This document shows positions 1-17,103 of a DNA stretch of 64,000 nucleotides, one piece after another. The notes under the pieces are model-generated. The model worked only from the letters and a program-made list of their open reading frames with translations. It searched no databases and had not been told where the DNA came from. Each line of letters opens with the position of its first letter. Within the stretch, counting starts at the first letter, position 1. The translations under genes were made by a program, and so were the position numbers. Source of the DNA: Monocercomonoides exilis PA203. Taxonomy: Eukaryota; Protista; Preaxostyla. Where the stretch lies: assembly GCA_001643675.2 (NCBI GenBank), contig LSRY02000027.1, positions 1,054,001 through 1,118,000 on the forward strand. The letters run 5' to 3'.

Positions 1-3000
1 TGAAGAAGGAAAGAGAGAGAGAGAAAGAAGAGAAGGAAAAAGAAGCCGAAGAATCAATGGACAGAATGAAAGAGGTTATCAATGAAAAAAACGAAGCAAT
101 AGAAAAACTGAATAAAAAGATAGAAGAAACACAAGTTTTGCTTCAAGTCTGCAAAGAAAACGAAAAACAGGCAATTTCTGATTTAAACGCGATTATTCTG
201 AAGCAGAGCAAAGAAATTTCGAGTTTGAAAACAGAAAAAAGCTTTGTTGCTTCAGAAAATGAGAGATTGAAGCAAAAATTGCAAATTTCTGCTTCTTCTT
301 CTTCTTCTTCTTCTCCAGTTACTTCTTCTTCTTCACTTCGAGAACGCATTTCAAAGCTGGAAACTGAATTGGCAGAGAAGATGAAGAAAGAAAATGAGGC
401 AAAAATGGAATTTGAAGAGAAATTGAAGCAAAAAGAAGAGGAAATAAAAGACTTGAAGGAAGAATTGAGATTAAGAGAAGAAAAAGATAAAGAAGAAGAA
501 GAAGAAGAAGTTAAACGAACAATTAAAGAAAGAAAAGAAGAAGGGAAAGAAGAAGAAGAAGACGATGTTGAAGATGAAGAAGCAGAGAAAAAGAAGAAGA
601 AGAAGAATCAGAAGAAGAATCAAAAGAACGAAAAAGATGAATCAGAAGAAGAAGAAAAAGAGAAAGCAAAAGACAAAGAAAACGAAATATTTACATTTTA
701 TAAGCAAAATAGCGAAGAATACATAACATTTTTGAAGGCGCAAATTGAAAGTGGAAAGAAGGAAAGAAAGAAAACAGAGAAAGAAATGAAGTTAATCAGC
801 AAACAGTATGAAAATATATCCTTATTTATTTCTCTTTCTCTTTTCTCTTTCTCTTTTTTCTCTTTTTCTTTTGCCTCTTTTCCTTTTATCTCTTTCTCTT
901 TTATCTTTTTTTTGTTTCTCTTTTCTCTTTTCTCTATTTCTTTCTTTCTTTCTTTTTTGATATTTCACATTTTATTATTACTAATTATGTACAAATTAAT
1001 AAAAATTTTCCATTTTTTCCATCTTGTTTCAAGATTGGAAGATCTTAAAAAGCAGCAAGCAATTTTTGCTTCTTCAACTCCGAATTCAACAATGCCTTTA
1101 TCTTCCACCTCTTCTTCTTCTTCCTCTTCTTCTTCCTCTTCTTCTTCTTCCAATTCACTTTCAACTCCTCCTCCTTCACAATTTGCCACATCATCTGATT
1201 CATCATCATCATCATCTTCTTCTTCTTCTTCCTCCTCCTCCTCTTTCTCTTCTTCTTCTCCCTCTTCTTCTTCTCCCTCTTTCCTCCCTCTCCCCTTCTC
1301 CGCTCTCCTCCCCATCCTCCAATTAGCCACCGAAATCTACAACTTCTCCCGCTGGTTCTTTTCCTCTGTCCATTCTGCCAACACTCTTTCTTCTCTGACT
1401 GCATATGGCGATGAAAACAGCATTGTCCGTGTGCTTTCCTATCCAAAAGAGCATTTCCCGTGGAGAAGAGAAGGAGAGGGAAATATTGAGGCGTTTCTTG
1501 GAGCTTCTTCGACTTCTTCTTCTTCCTCTTTCTCCTCCTCTTCAACTTTTTATTCAACCCAAACTCCTTCGCTTTTAACTCCACAGCATCCATTTCAGCA
1601 AGAAACAGGGTTTGAACCAAAGCAACTCTCGCCTCGTTCATCTCACATAGCTTCTTCTTCTTCTTCTTCTTCTTCTTCTTCTTCCTCTTCCTCTTCTTCC
1701 TCTTCCTCTTCTTCCTCCTCCTCTTCTTCTTCTGCCAATTCAACGATTTCTTCGATTTTCTTCTCTTCTTCATTTCATCCAAACACTGCACCGCAAACAA
1801 AACTCATAGAAAATCCAATGTTTGTGCTGAAAAGTGCGATTGTTTCGACTCTGAAGGAAGCAAACAGAATAGAAAAACAATCAACTTCTCAAAAAAACGC
1901 ATTATCTTCCTTTAAAAAAACTTCATTTGGATCTGCTCCTTCTTCTTTATCTTCTTATAATTCTTCTTCTTCTTCTTCAAACATTTATTCCTCCTCCTCC
2001 TCCTCTTCTTCTTCTTCTTCCTCTTCTTCTCCATCAACCCCCACTTCCTATCTTTCATTCGCTGATTGTCTTCCTTCACTCATCTCTTCTTCTCTTTCAC
2101 TTCTTCTGCAGTTGTTTGAAGACATACACAGAACCGATTCTTTAAGTTCTTCTGCATTTGAGGTGATTTCAGTGACATTAGCGAAGGAACAGAAGCTGAG
2201 AATGGATCAATTGGAGATCAGAAGAAAGAAAGAGGAGGAAGAAAAAGAGAAGACGAGAGAGAGAGAGAAGAAGAGGGAGAAGGAGATGGAAGAGTGGGAG
2301 GAAGAGAAAAACGCGTTGTTGAATGAAATAGAAGAGATTAGCAGTGAGTTGATGAAGAGGAAAGAGGAAGAAGGAAAGAAGGAAAGAAGAATTGAGGAAT
2401 TGGAGAAAGAGCTGAAAGAAATTAACATGCAAAATGATACATTTAAAATGGAAAACGAAGCGATGAAGAAGGAAATCAAAGAAAACGAGGCAATTTTGAG
2501 TCAAATGGAAAACAAAGTCAGAAAATTGACACTGGAAATGGAATTCAAAGAGAAAGATCGGAGCAAAATGACAAGTCAGTCAGATGAATACGAAAAGAGG
2601 ATGAATGACATAGAAAACGAGCTGTTTTCAGTGAAAACAGAACTTTCAAAGGAAAAAGGAGAGAAAGAGATGCTTGTGAGGATCAAAACAGCGAATGAGA
2701 GAGAATTAAGTGAGCTGCGGAATTTGAGGGGCAAGGATTATGAATGTGAGAGAATGAGCAGGAAGCTGAAGGAAGAAGAAGAGGAGAAAGAAAAAGTTAC
2801 GAAAGAAAATGCTAATTTGAAGAAGATGTTGGAAGAGAACGAGAAGAAAATAAATGGAATGAAGCAAAAATTGGTAGAGCAGGAAGAAGAGATTGAAGGT
2901 GTGTTAAACAGAGAGAAAGAGCTGAAAGGGAAAGTGGAGCGGATGATGAGGGAGAAAGACGATGTGGAAGAGGCGAAAGAGGAAGAGGTGAGGAGAAGAA

Positions 3001-3362
3001 ACGATGTGGAGAAGTTGCTTGTGAAGAACGAAGAGAATTTGAATGTGATGAAGACAGAGGTTGAGATGATGAAGAAGCTGATGAAAAAACAAGAGGAGAA
3101 AATGAATGAGATATGGAGGCAGAACTTGCAGTTGGAGGAGGAAATTGAAGGAGAAAAGCAGAATAACAAGGAGATTTTGAAGCAATGCGAAGAATTTCAG
3201 ACTCAAAATAACAAAATTTTGAATGAGTTGGGCGAAAAAACGAAGGAAAACGAAATTTTGTCACAGAAGTTGTTTGAAGTTGAGTTGTTTTACAGGATGA
3301 AAGAGAAGGAAAGTACTTTGAGCAGATTTGGGGTGAGTCAGCAGATGATCAATGAAGAATGA
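1..3362 (+). CDS. Large coiled-coil / Ser-rich protein, 5' end outside window; probable intron 806-1033
   Basis: Frame is open from position 3 to TGA 3360-3362 with long E/K-rich heptad segments. The hydrophobic F/S/L stretch is bounded by GTATG (806) and TTTCAAG (1033); removing it keeps the frame (KQ|LEDLKK). Confidence 0.75.
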   Translation, partial: KKEREREKEEKEKEAEESMDRMKEVINEKNEAIEKLNKKIEETQVLLQVCKENEKQAISDLNAIILKQSKEISSLKTEKSFVASENERLKQKLQISASSSSSSSPVTSSSSLRERISKLETELAEKMKKENEAKMEFEEKLKQKEEEIKDLKEELRLREEKDKEEEEEEVKRTIKERKEEGKEEEEDDVEDEEAEKKKKKKNQKKNQKNEKDESEEEEKEKAKDKENEIFTFYKQNSEEYITFLKAQIESGKKERKKTEKEMKLISKQYENISLFISLSLFSFSFFSFSFASFPFISFSFIFFLFLFSLFSISFFLSFLIFHILLLLIMYKLIKIFHFFHLVSRLEDLKKQQAIFASSTPNSTMPLSSTSSSSSSSSSSSSSSNSLSTPPPSQFATSSDSSSSSSSSSSSSSSSFSSSSPSSSSPSFLPLPFSALLPILQLATEIYNFSRWFFSSVHSANTLSSLTAYGDENSIVRVLSYPKEHFPWRREGEGNIEAFLGASSTSSSSSFSSSSTFYSTQTPSLLTPQHPFQQETGFEPKQLSPRSSHIASSSSSSSSSSSSSSSSSSSSSSSSSSSANSTISSIFFSSSFHPNTAPQTKLIENPMFVLKSAIVSTLKEANRIEKQSTSQKNALSSFKKTSFGSAPSSLSSYNSSSSSSNIYSSSSSSSSSSSSSSPSTPTSYLSFADCLPSLISSSLSLLLQLFEDIHRTDSLSSSAFEVISVTLAKEQKLRMDQLEIRRKKEEEEKEKTREREKKREKEMEEWEEEKNALLNEIEEISSELMKRKEEEGKKERRIEELEKELKEINMQNDTFKMENEAMKKEIKENEAILSQMENKVRKLTLEMEFKEKDRSKMTSQSDEYEKRMNDIENELFSVKTELSKEKGEKEMLVRIKTANERELSELRNLRGKDYECERMSRKLKEEEEEKEKVTKENANLKKMLEENEKKINGMKQKLVEQEEEIEGVLNREKELKGKVERMMREKDDVEEAKEEEVRRRNDVEKLLVKNEENLNVMKTEVEMMKKLMKKQEEKMNEIWRQNLQLEEEIEGEKQNNKEILKQCEEFQTQNNKILNELGEKTKENEILSQKLFEVELFYRMKEKESTLSRFGVSQQMINEE

Positions 3363-4525
3363 GAGAAATTTTAAAAATAAAAAAGGATTTATTTTTTCAT
3401 GATATCAAAAGCCAATAATGTGCTGTTATTGTCATATTTAAAATGAAGAAAGCAAGCAAACTTCAAGTATTTATGCATGCATTCTTAAAAATTGAAGCAC
3501 TTATTTTTTTATAAATGCAAAATTAAATACAAAGTGACTTATTTTTTGAATGTGTTGCTTCAAAGTTTCTGTTTGAATCAATTTCAAACAGAGATTTACA
3601 TACATTTTTTAAAGCATATGTTTCATTTTTGTTTTTCTAACCAACTTTTAAACTTATTTTTCAGTCAAAATGGAATTGTGCAAGATTTCACTTGCAATTT
3701 GTGTTGAAGACCTAGTTCTATTTTTGTTGTTATAAAAAATAATATCAAATGAAAATGCAATGAATTATGAATCATCTTTTTATTTTTTATTTTATTAAAA
3801 AAAAAAAATAGAAATACGGTTAAACTTTCTCTTTTAAGCTCATCACATCCATTTCGTTGTTGTTCACAATATAAATCTGTTTGTTTTCAAAAAACAAAGA
3901 ACAATCAAAAATTGAGAGAAAAAACATCAAATGAAATAAAAAAAAGGTAATAGATTTAAATTTAAAGCAAAGAAAACATTTTTTCTTTTTCCTTTTTTCA
4001 CTTTTTCTTTATTCATTGAATGGTATCAAACTAGCAGACTAACATACAAATAAAAAACAAAAGTAAGCACAATTTTCTCAACATCTGCATTAAAGACAAA
4101 AAGCTCACCAATAGAAATAGAAATAGAAATAGAAATAAAAAGAAAGAAAGAAAGAAAGTTATTTCTTTTCTTTTCTTTATTTTTCTTCACTTTTCTATTT
4201 TTTTTTTTCTCCATTTATTGCATCATTAAAAAAGGTTGGATGATACAAACATTTTCACAAAGCAACCAAATAAGAACGAAATTATGAAATAAAAACACAA
4301 CCGACAATTCCTCAAAATGTATTTAACAAACAAAAAAACAAAGAAACGATAAGAAAGTGAACTAAAAATTAGAAAAAGAAAGATAAAAGTGAAAGAAATG
4401 AAAAAAAAAGAAAAAGAGAAAAGAAGAAGAAAAGACAAATAAAATAAAACAAAATAAATAAAGCAAATAAAAACTCATTTCCAATTTCAAACACCAATTT
4501 TTCTTTCTTTCTTTCTTTTTTTTTC

Positions 4526-9046
<4,521 letters not shown>

Positions 9047-9309
9047 AAACTTCCTATATTTTCAAAAAATTTGCACAAACCGTCATAACGACTTTTGACT
9101 TTTCAATAAAAAGTAAGAGGGTATATTTGATCAGTCCAGATCAAGTTTATTTATTTTTTTGCAAAAAATGAAATTTGAAACAATAAATTATGAATTTTTA
9201 ATTCTTGAAATGGAGCAAAAAAAACGGCCATAACATTTTAATTTTGATACGAATATTTATTTTTACAGTGGTTTTAAATGTGTTGTTGGTGTTATCTTTG
9301 GCTTAATGA

Positions 9310-12179
9310 ATGAAAAATGCCAGCATCTCAAAGAAATTTCTGGGAATAACAAATATACCAACAACAATTGCAGTCATTTTGTGTTTATTTCATTTTGCAG
9401 CATCAATTTCTTTATGCAATTTCGATGAAGAACCATACAGATCAAAAACTATAAAACGAGAAAAATTATTAAACCAAAGTTCGTCAAATTGCAAGGTTTG
9501 AAGATCAAATTAGTCTTTTTGCATTATCATTTCGTTAGAATTCCCTTGAGGAATGTTTAGATACTTGCCATTTCACGATGCTTAGATGCAGCCCAAATAA
9601 AAAGAAAGCAGGAAATTGCGAAGATGAACATAAAATATGTCGAAAAGATTGCAGACTGATTCATTCTGTTTGAAGAAAAGTTGTTGATTTTGTAATTTTT
9701 ATATTTGATTTTAAACGAAGGATTGCAGCGAAACATGCCTGGAATCATTTTATTCGCAATGTCATATTGATTGTGATGCTTCATTTCAATCAGTTAAAGA
9801 TGATTGCGACTTTGAGAATGATGTTTGTCTTGCGGATTGCCGAATTGGTGATTGGAATTGCGAAAAGTTTGTAAACATTTTTATTAATTTGAAGGCTTAC
9901 TAAATTTTTTGTCATTATTTAATCATATCACTATTTCTTTATGAATCGCCTTTTAATTGCAGTCAATGCAAGAGAGAGCGTCGTCTTTGTGAAAGCCAAG
10001 CACGAACATGCAATCAAAAATGCACTGATAATTGCAATGCTCAGTATGACATTAAAATTTATATTAATTTTTCTTTTCTTTACATTTCTTGTCTTGATTT
10101 GAAAACAATAAAAAAACACTATCAACATTTTGATTAGACAGCCAACATGTGGAGATCGCTGCTTAGCAAAAATGGAAGATGGATTTGATGTGTGTGATGC
10201 TGAATACGATGAATGCCTCACTCTTTGCACAACAACTTCATCATCATCACCTTCTTCTTCCTCCTCCTCATCTTCTTCTTCTCTTGTCTGCCTGAACAAA
10301 TGCAGCGAAGAGCGTCAGATGTGCAAAGGAGGGGTGCGAACTGAGCAGATGGCGTGTGATTTGAGATGTGGTGCAAAAGAAGAGGAAGAATGTTTTTTTC
10401 TGTGCGAAAGAGCGCTTTTGAACTGCATGGACGAAGCATCGGAGCAGTTTGACATTTGCAGCTATAAATGCTCGAGAGATGGGGAGAATGTGAATAAAGA
10501 AGAACAAGAAAAGATGAATGAAAAAAAGGAAAATAACTCTTCAACATCTGCATCTTCTTCTTCGTCTTCAGCATTTTCTAAGACTCAACCAAAATCAATT
10601 TCTTCTCTTTCTCCCACTTCTGATTCGTGTCAGCGCGAATGCAGTGCGAACCTTCGGCAGCAAAACAGCCAGTGCAACAGAATCAACGGAGAATGCATCA
10701 TTTTGTGCTCGTCTTCCACAATCAGCTGCAAGGAGAAATGCTTGGTATGCTCTTAAATGAGAGGATTTTTTAAGGCTTTTTCACTGAATGAGAGGATATA
10801 AGATATTTGATGAAATGTTATTTACTATCACTTTATATGGCATTTTCTGGATTTTATTCGTATTTTTATTCTTTTTTTTTAAAAAAAATAACATTTTTTA
10901 ATGAATTGAAGACTGATTTAGACACATGCTTTTTAGAAGCAGATAAAAGACTGCGAAATTGCAAGACAAAATGCAAACAAATAACTTCCTTTTCACCAGC
11001 ATCATCTATGCCCAATTCATCATCATCAACTTATTCTTCTTCCTCCTCCTCTTCCTCCTCACTTGCTGTTTGTGAGAAGCAGTGTCAATTTGACCATCGA
11101 AAAGACAAAGAAAGATGCCGAGACAAAAACTATGAGTGTACCGACGTGTGCGAAACGAAGGAGAAAGCAACATGCAAAGATGATTGTGAAGTGTGGCTTT
11201 ATTATTTAATTGTTACAAATATCGAATACTTAACTTAACTTTGAAATTAAAAATATTCTTGATAATTTAAAAAATTAAATAAAATAAAACAAAAAAAAAA
11301 TAATTGCATTGCTAACAACCATATTTATTAATTAATCATTTTATTCATTTTTAAAATTTCCAGTCATTTTTCACTCTTTCCTTCTCCCAGTGCGACAAAG
11401 CGCTTGATGAATGCACATTTTCTCACCGCCCGCTTTCATCTTGTCTTTCACAGAGAAGAATTTGCGAGGCCAAAGCAAAAGATAGCGAAGAAGAGTGTTT
11501 GAGCAAATGTGACACGTCTGTTGATGAGATGAAGGAGAAATGCGAAGTATGAAGAAGCTTCCAGAAAGCTCAATTTGATTTATAGAGAAGATAGAAGCGG
11601 TAACAAATGCTTTTAGGTCATTTTTTCTTTTATTTGATTGGCCTTTCTTTTCTTTTCTTTTCTTTTTCTCCTTTTTTTTAAACAACTTATCAATTGTTCA
11701 CATTAATCAAATCATTTATTCTTTTCTTTATATCTTCCTCTCTTTCTATTTCTCTTTCTCTCTTTCAGTTCTCCTTCGAACGAGACTTAGACCGCTGTGA
11801 GTTTTCGCACGAAGAGTGCCTTTCTCTGTGTATATCACCAGGAGATGAAAGAGAATGCTCCAGCGAATGCAACCAGCAGTCACGTCTGTGCAAACAATCA
11901 GCAGAAGAGAAAAAAAGAGAATGCGACGAAGAAGCAAAAAAAAAGTGGGCAGAGCGATGCAGTCAGCAGTGTGAAGGGGAATATATGTCTTGTTTGGACA
12001 GCAGTGAAGAGAGGCAGCAGAAGTGTGTTTCTGAAGAGTGTTCAGAAGAGAAGAGAAAAGAAAAGAACCAGACGAATGCGGTGTGTGTTAGGGGGTGCAG
12101 GGCGGAGCAGAGGAAACATGAGTCAGAATGCATCAAACAGCTGGATTTGTGCAGTGCGCAATGTCCTGTGATGGAATAG
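9310..12179 (+). CDS. Secreted/surface cysteine-rich repeat protein (CxxxC repeats), multi-exon
   Basis: N-terminal hydrophobic segment IAVILCLFHFAASIS. Consecutive exons (9310, 9539, ~9720, ~9960, ~10140, ~10910, ~11360, ~11770) all encode regular CxxxC...CxxxC...C spacing. GT/AG boundaries e.g. 9496/9538. Stop TAG 12177-12179. Confidence 0.7.
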
Positions 12180-12851
12180 AGAAGGGGGTTGGGTGAGAGA
12201 GAGTGAGAGAGAAATATTAGAGGAGATGTTTCAGGATTAAGTCAAAAAAAGATTGAGAGGTTTATTTTTTAGCGGTGTGAATTGATTCTTCAAAGTTACG
12301 GTCGAAACATTAAATGAAAGCTGAGAAAATATGATGATTGTTTAGACAATAAATTTTTATTCGAATGTATTTACTTGGAAAATGTCTATCCGTTTTGAAT
12401 TTTTGACATATGAAGATGAAAAATCAAGTGAATAAACAGAAAATTGGAGATTCTAATCTTAATTTCTGATTATTTGGTATTTCTTTTTTGTTAAAGAACA
12501 ATTTCGCGAATTAAAACAGTATTTTTATTAAAAACAAAACCTTCTTCTTTTGCTTTTTTAATTTTATGCTCACCAAGTTGTAAATAAAATTAACTTTTCT
12601 CTAATTTAAAAAAAAAAAAGAGAGAGAGAGAGTCTATCTAAATACGTGCATTTCTCCAACTATTTAAATAATTTCAAAACGCTGTAATGAAGTGCTATAA
12701 ATGAAGTGTACCCTGAATGTTCTACCCTTTCCTAATTCTGTTCTTTTTTGCAAATTGCTCAAAAAAATCTAAGTTCTCCTTATTTCTCACATGAAAAAAT
12801 GAAACCATCACTCTTCAAAAAAAAACCTTCTTCTTCTATTTTTCCTCTTAT

Positions 12852-13049
12852 TCATTGCGCCTCTTGAGCTGTTGGGGCAGTTGTTGTTAGAAGGCTGATA
12901 AGCGCATCCACTTTCGCAATCAGAACATCGAATGCTTGTTCAACAAGTGTAGATGCATCGAGGATTCCGGTTGATTCAACAGAAACTGGATAATATATGC
13001 ATTGTAAATTGTTTAAAATATTTGAAACATTGGGGATATATGTTTCATA

Positions 13050-13080
<31 letters not shown>

Positions 13081-14457
13081 GATTATAAGCAAAAATATAA
13101 AAAATATAAAAGAGCGAAAAGGAAAACAAATATAAAATCATTTCCTCTATTTTTAAAAAGAAAGAAAGAAAGAAAGAAAAGAAAATGCCATCAAACATAT
13201 GCAATAGTCCTTCACTCTGGCAAGCTCCAGATCTTCAGCATATTCTTCGCACTTAACGCCCTTCGAGCTGATGCGCGCCGTTCTGATGCATTCTCTACAC
13301 ATTGAGCAGTTTCTCGGGCGCGCAACTGTCACAACACCGTCTTTCATCTCAAACACATTGAGCGGACACGACTCTATCACAGCCTCGGCGATATTCCCAG
13401 TAAGTGGTTTTTTGAAGCTGATTGACGGCAGCAAGCGATATGTGGCGGTGGCAACGGGACTGAACTTTGCGTGCCATTTTCCTATTCCCTTCACGCAGTG
13501 GCAAGTCAGATCAATTGTCTATGAACACGAAGTACCAAACATCATTATCACAAAAAAATGAATGAAGAAAAAAGAATAGATGATATGGAAAGAAGGAAGT
13601 GTAAAAATAAATATAAATGAAAATATATTTCAATTTAGTACTTATAATACAGCTCAACAATACCTGTTTTGGTCTTAGCTTTGCAATCAAAATATCGCCA
13701 AAAACTGGCTTTGGTGGATGATCAGCAAACAAGGCACGCTGCTCATCAGAAATTGGGACCCATTCAAGATCACGAGAATAAACATTTGAATGGTTATATC
13801 GTAAATTTTCTGCCATATCCGGTCTTGATCCTGGAACAGAAGTGCAGGTTATTTGCAATTTAAATATTATTGTGTTAAATTGATTTGGCTCTTCGTCAGC
13901 TTAACATAAAATATTGCTTTAAATATGTAATAATAACAAATTTGTCAAACGTTTTTTATATTTTATTTTAGAAGGGTCAATGTCCAATGGTATTAATCCA
14001 ATACGATGGCATAAAACTTCATCTGATATGACAGATGTATTGTTGGCCAAAAAGACATCTTCAATTGCAATTGTTGGTACCTATTGAAATTTAAAACGAA
14101 AGTTAATTTCAGAAATTATAAAAATTCAAACTTCTGCAATTAAAATACGCCTCAAAGCGTTGACAACAGACAAATCAACTCCAGCTACATCAAACACAAC
14201 TTCTTCCGGAGTATTTTTCAAAATTGCCATTTTCATTGATGTCAAATCCTCTTCTTTAAATGGTTGATCATAACCAAGCGAAGAATATGTGGAATAATCA
14301 GAATAAGAAGATGTCTTTTAAAAAAAAATCAAATAAAATGAAAGTTAATTTTCCACTACATAAAATGTTTAAATAAAATGCATACGAAAGTCGGATATTC
14401 TTCCTTCAATACAATTTTTTCCTTTTGTTCCTTCAGTTTTTCAGGAAGTATTTCCAT
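12852..14457 (-). CDS. RPC40: DNA-directed RNA polymerase I/III subunit AC40 (RPC40/POLR1C), multi-exon
   Basis: Spliced translation gives VVNALRRILIAE, VPTIAIEDVFLANNTSVISDEVLCHRIGLIPL, DILIAKLRPKQ, KGIGKWHAKFSPVATATYRLLP, CPLNVF...PRNCSMCREC and FSVESTGIL. ATG 14457, TGA 12852-12854. Confidence 0.95.
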
Positions 14458-14722
14458 TGAAAAAATATTTTTATATGGTAATGATCAAATGTTTGAAAAG
14501 CAAATATTTGATATTTTGCTGAGAGTGATTCTTTTTGGTGATATAAATTTATTGCGAAAAAGTTGCTTTTTTTCAGAAAAGAATGATTTATCACGAGTTT
14601 AACTCATGATATTTGTCAATGTCAAATTCTTTAAATGTTAACCATTGTTTTTTTGAGAAATAAAGATGTTTCGGGGATTTTTTGTAATACAAAAAGACAA
14701 TAAAAAGATATTCATACATTAA

Positions 14723-14897
<175 letters not shown>

Positions 14898-15149
14898 TCC
14901 AAAAAAAAAAAAAAAATAAATAAATAAATAAATAAATAAATAAATACAATAAAATAAAATAAAAATAAAAATGAAAATAAAAATAACAAAATAACACTTG
15001 AGAATAGACATTCTAATTCATGCATGAAATAATTGCAATCAAAATATAGGGCGCATATTTTATCTTTACCTCAAATTTTTATCTCGACACTGTTTTTTTG
15101 AAACTAATTTTTGCTTTTTTGATTTGTGAAAAGGCTAAAAACAAAAACA

Positions 15150-15975
15150 AAATAAATAGACTTCTTGATATTATTGTTTTTCAGAATTCTGTTAAAAAAA
15201 TTTTTGATATTTTTTTGAACAAAAAAATTTTCAAAAATTTTATTATTTTAAGGACCCAGATCAAAGACTTGCTGGCTGTGAAGCCAAAATTTCAAACTGA
15301 ACGTCAAAAGCTACAGCATTGCAATTCTTCATTCTTGTATTATTATTTTTACTTGTTTTTTGCTTTTTCAATTAAATTATTAACCTTTTTTTCTCATTTC
15401 ACTGTTTTTGCTTAAAACACGATTTTCTGAACAAATATGAATTTGTATAAATTTTAAAGCTCATAAAAAATAAAAACAAGGTGTTATTTGTTGTATATTT
15501 TTATTTAATTCTGAAAAGAAAAAGAATTGAACAAGAATTTGAAGCGAAATGGGAGAACATATGAAAATTTTGATCTGAAAATTGTTCCTCATATACAAAT
15601 ATTTTGTTGTTTTTTCTTTGAGATATCATTTCATTTCAAATTTGTTTTTATTTCATTTCATTAAATTTTAAAACAAATGGATGCATGTCTCTGAAATCGT
15701 GTTTTTTAAAAAAAAGTGTGAAATGAGAAAAAGTGTTAAAAAAACAAGTTGAGAAAGTTCAAAACAAGTTTAACTTATAAAAAAGAAACGATGTATAATG
15801 ATATGAAAGCTCAGAACTTCTGATAATAAGTATTCGCTGGAAAAGCAGCAAGTCAATGATTAAAACATAAAATTATTATAATCCTCGATCTTTTTGAAAA
15901 ACATGAAATATTGGAAAAAAATACAAAATAAGGAAATAAAAACATTTCAAGCATTTCTGGTTATTTTCTATTTAT
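15150..15975. mobile_element. Decayed foldback (long inverted repeat), related to the 26.7-27.9 kb element
   Basis: 15381-15437 pairs with 15684-15737, 15341-15373 with ~15747-15779, and 15259-15285 (gatcaaagacttgctg) with ~15836-15861 (cagcaagtcaatgat). Coordinate sums are constant (~31120). Confidence 0.6.
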
Positions 15976-16050
15976 CACAGGCTTGTGTAAAGCTAAAAGC
16001 ATAACAAAAAAGAAAAAGGTCTTGATAAAGAAAAAAGGTCAAGATGAAAT

Positions 16051-16867
16051 GGCAAATGGGCTCTTTTCCGGGACTCAAAATTTGCTTTATTATATGATAA
16101 AAGTGATTATCATTGTTTTAAAAATATTTGTTCAAAATATTAAAGTGCGGAAATTATTCTGAGTAGAAAAAATTTTTTCTTAAAAAAAATTTATCAAAAA
16201 TGTTTTTTGGGAAGATCAATTTTTTATTTACAAAATTATTTAAAAGTTGACATTGATTTTTTTCGTTATTTTCATCTCCAAAAAGAAGATTGCAAGAAAA
16301 AAGAAAACTGAGTCTTTTTTTCAGCGTCATCATCTTGATTTCCAATGAGTTTCTGCACCTCAAAATAACTTTTTTTATTTTCTAATTCCCCTAACGCAAT
16401 TAAATTTTTTTCAAATAAGAAAGTTATTCGTTTAACCGAAACCCTAAAATAGAGATTTTTAACAATATCCTATAACCTATAATATCTATTTATCTTATAT
16501 AATATTTTTGTAGAACTTAATTAAGTATTTAACAGCTTCATAACAAAATTTTTTCGCATGCATTTTATTTTCCTATTTCATCTCTAAGTGTAGTTAATAA
16601 CAAATTACAATCCATTTTTTCTTCATTAAATGCAAGAATCATTACAAAATCTCCTTTTTTTTGAGATAAGATATGTTTCAGTCAAGAAAAATTGAAAATA
16701 TTTTTTTAAAAAATGTGATATTTTTTTGATCAAAAATATTTTCTAAATATTCTTTAAAAATGTTTCCGCACAAAATAAATTGCTTTAAATAGCAAATATG
16801 ATAATAACATGATGAAATAAATTGATTATATCGATTTTTGAATGTTCCGGTATAATACCCTTTTGCC
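16051..16867. mobile_element. Second decayed foldback / long inverted repeat
   Basis: ggcaaatgggctcttttccggg (16051) is an imperfect reverse complement of ccggtataatacccttttgcc (16847-16867). gtgcggaaa (16145) pairs with tttccgcac (16763); tcaatttttt (16216) pairs with gaaaaattga (~16686-16695). Confidence 0.5.
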
Positions 16868-17103
16868 GATAAAATCATAGCCCTAATCAAACTATACTTT
16901 TGAAATTTGTTTGCAATTGAATCGAAACAAATATCGAATTAATATTTCAAAATTAACATTTTTTGTTCTTATATACAGTTGAAAGTTAGTCGTTGGTATG
17001 CATTTCCAATCTTTGCAATTAACCATTTTCAATTTCGTCACGATCATTAGCGCCCATATTAACAAAATTCAAAAGTGCAGGAAAAATCAAAGTTCAATCC
17101 TGC

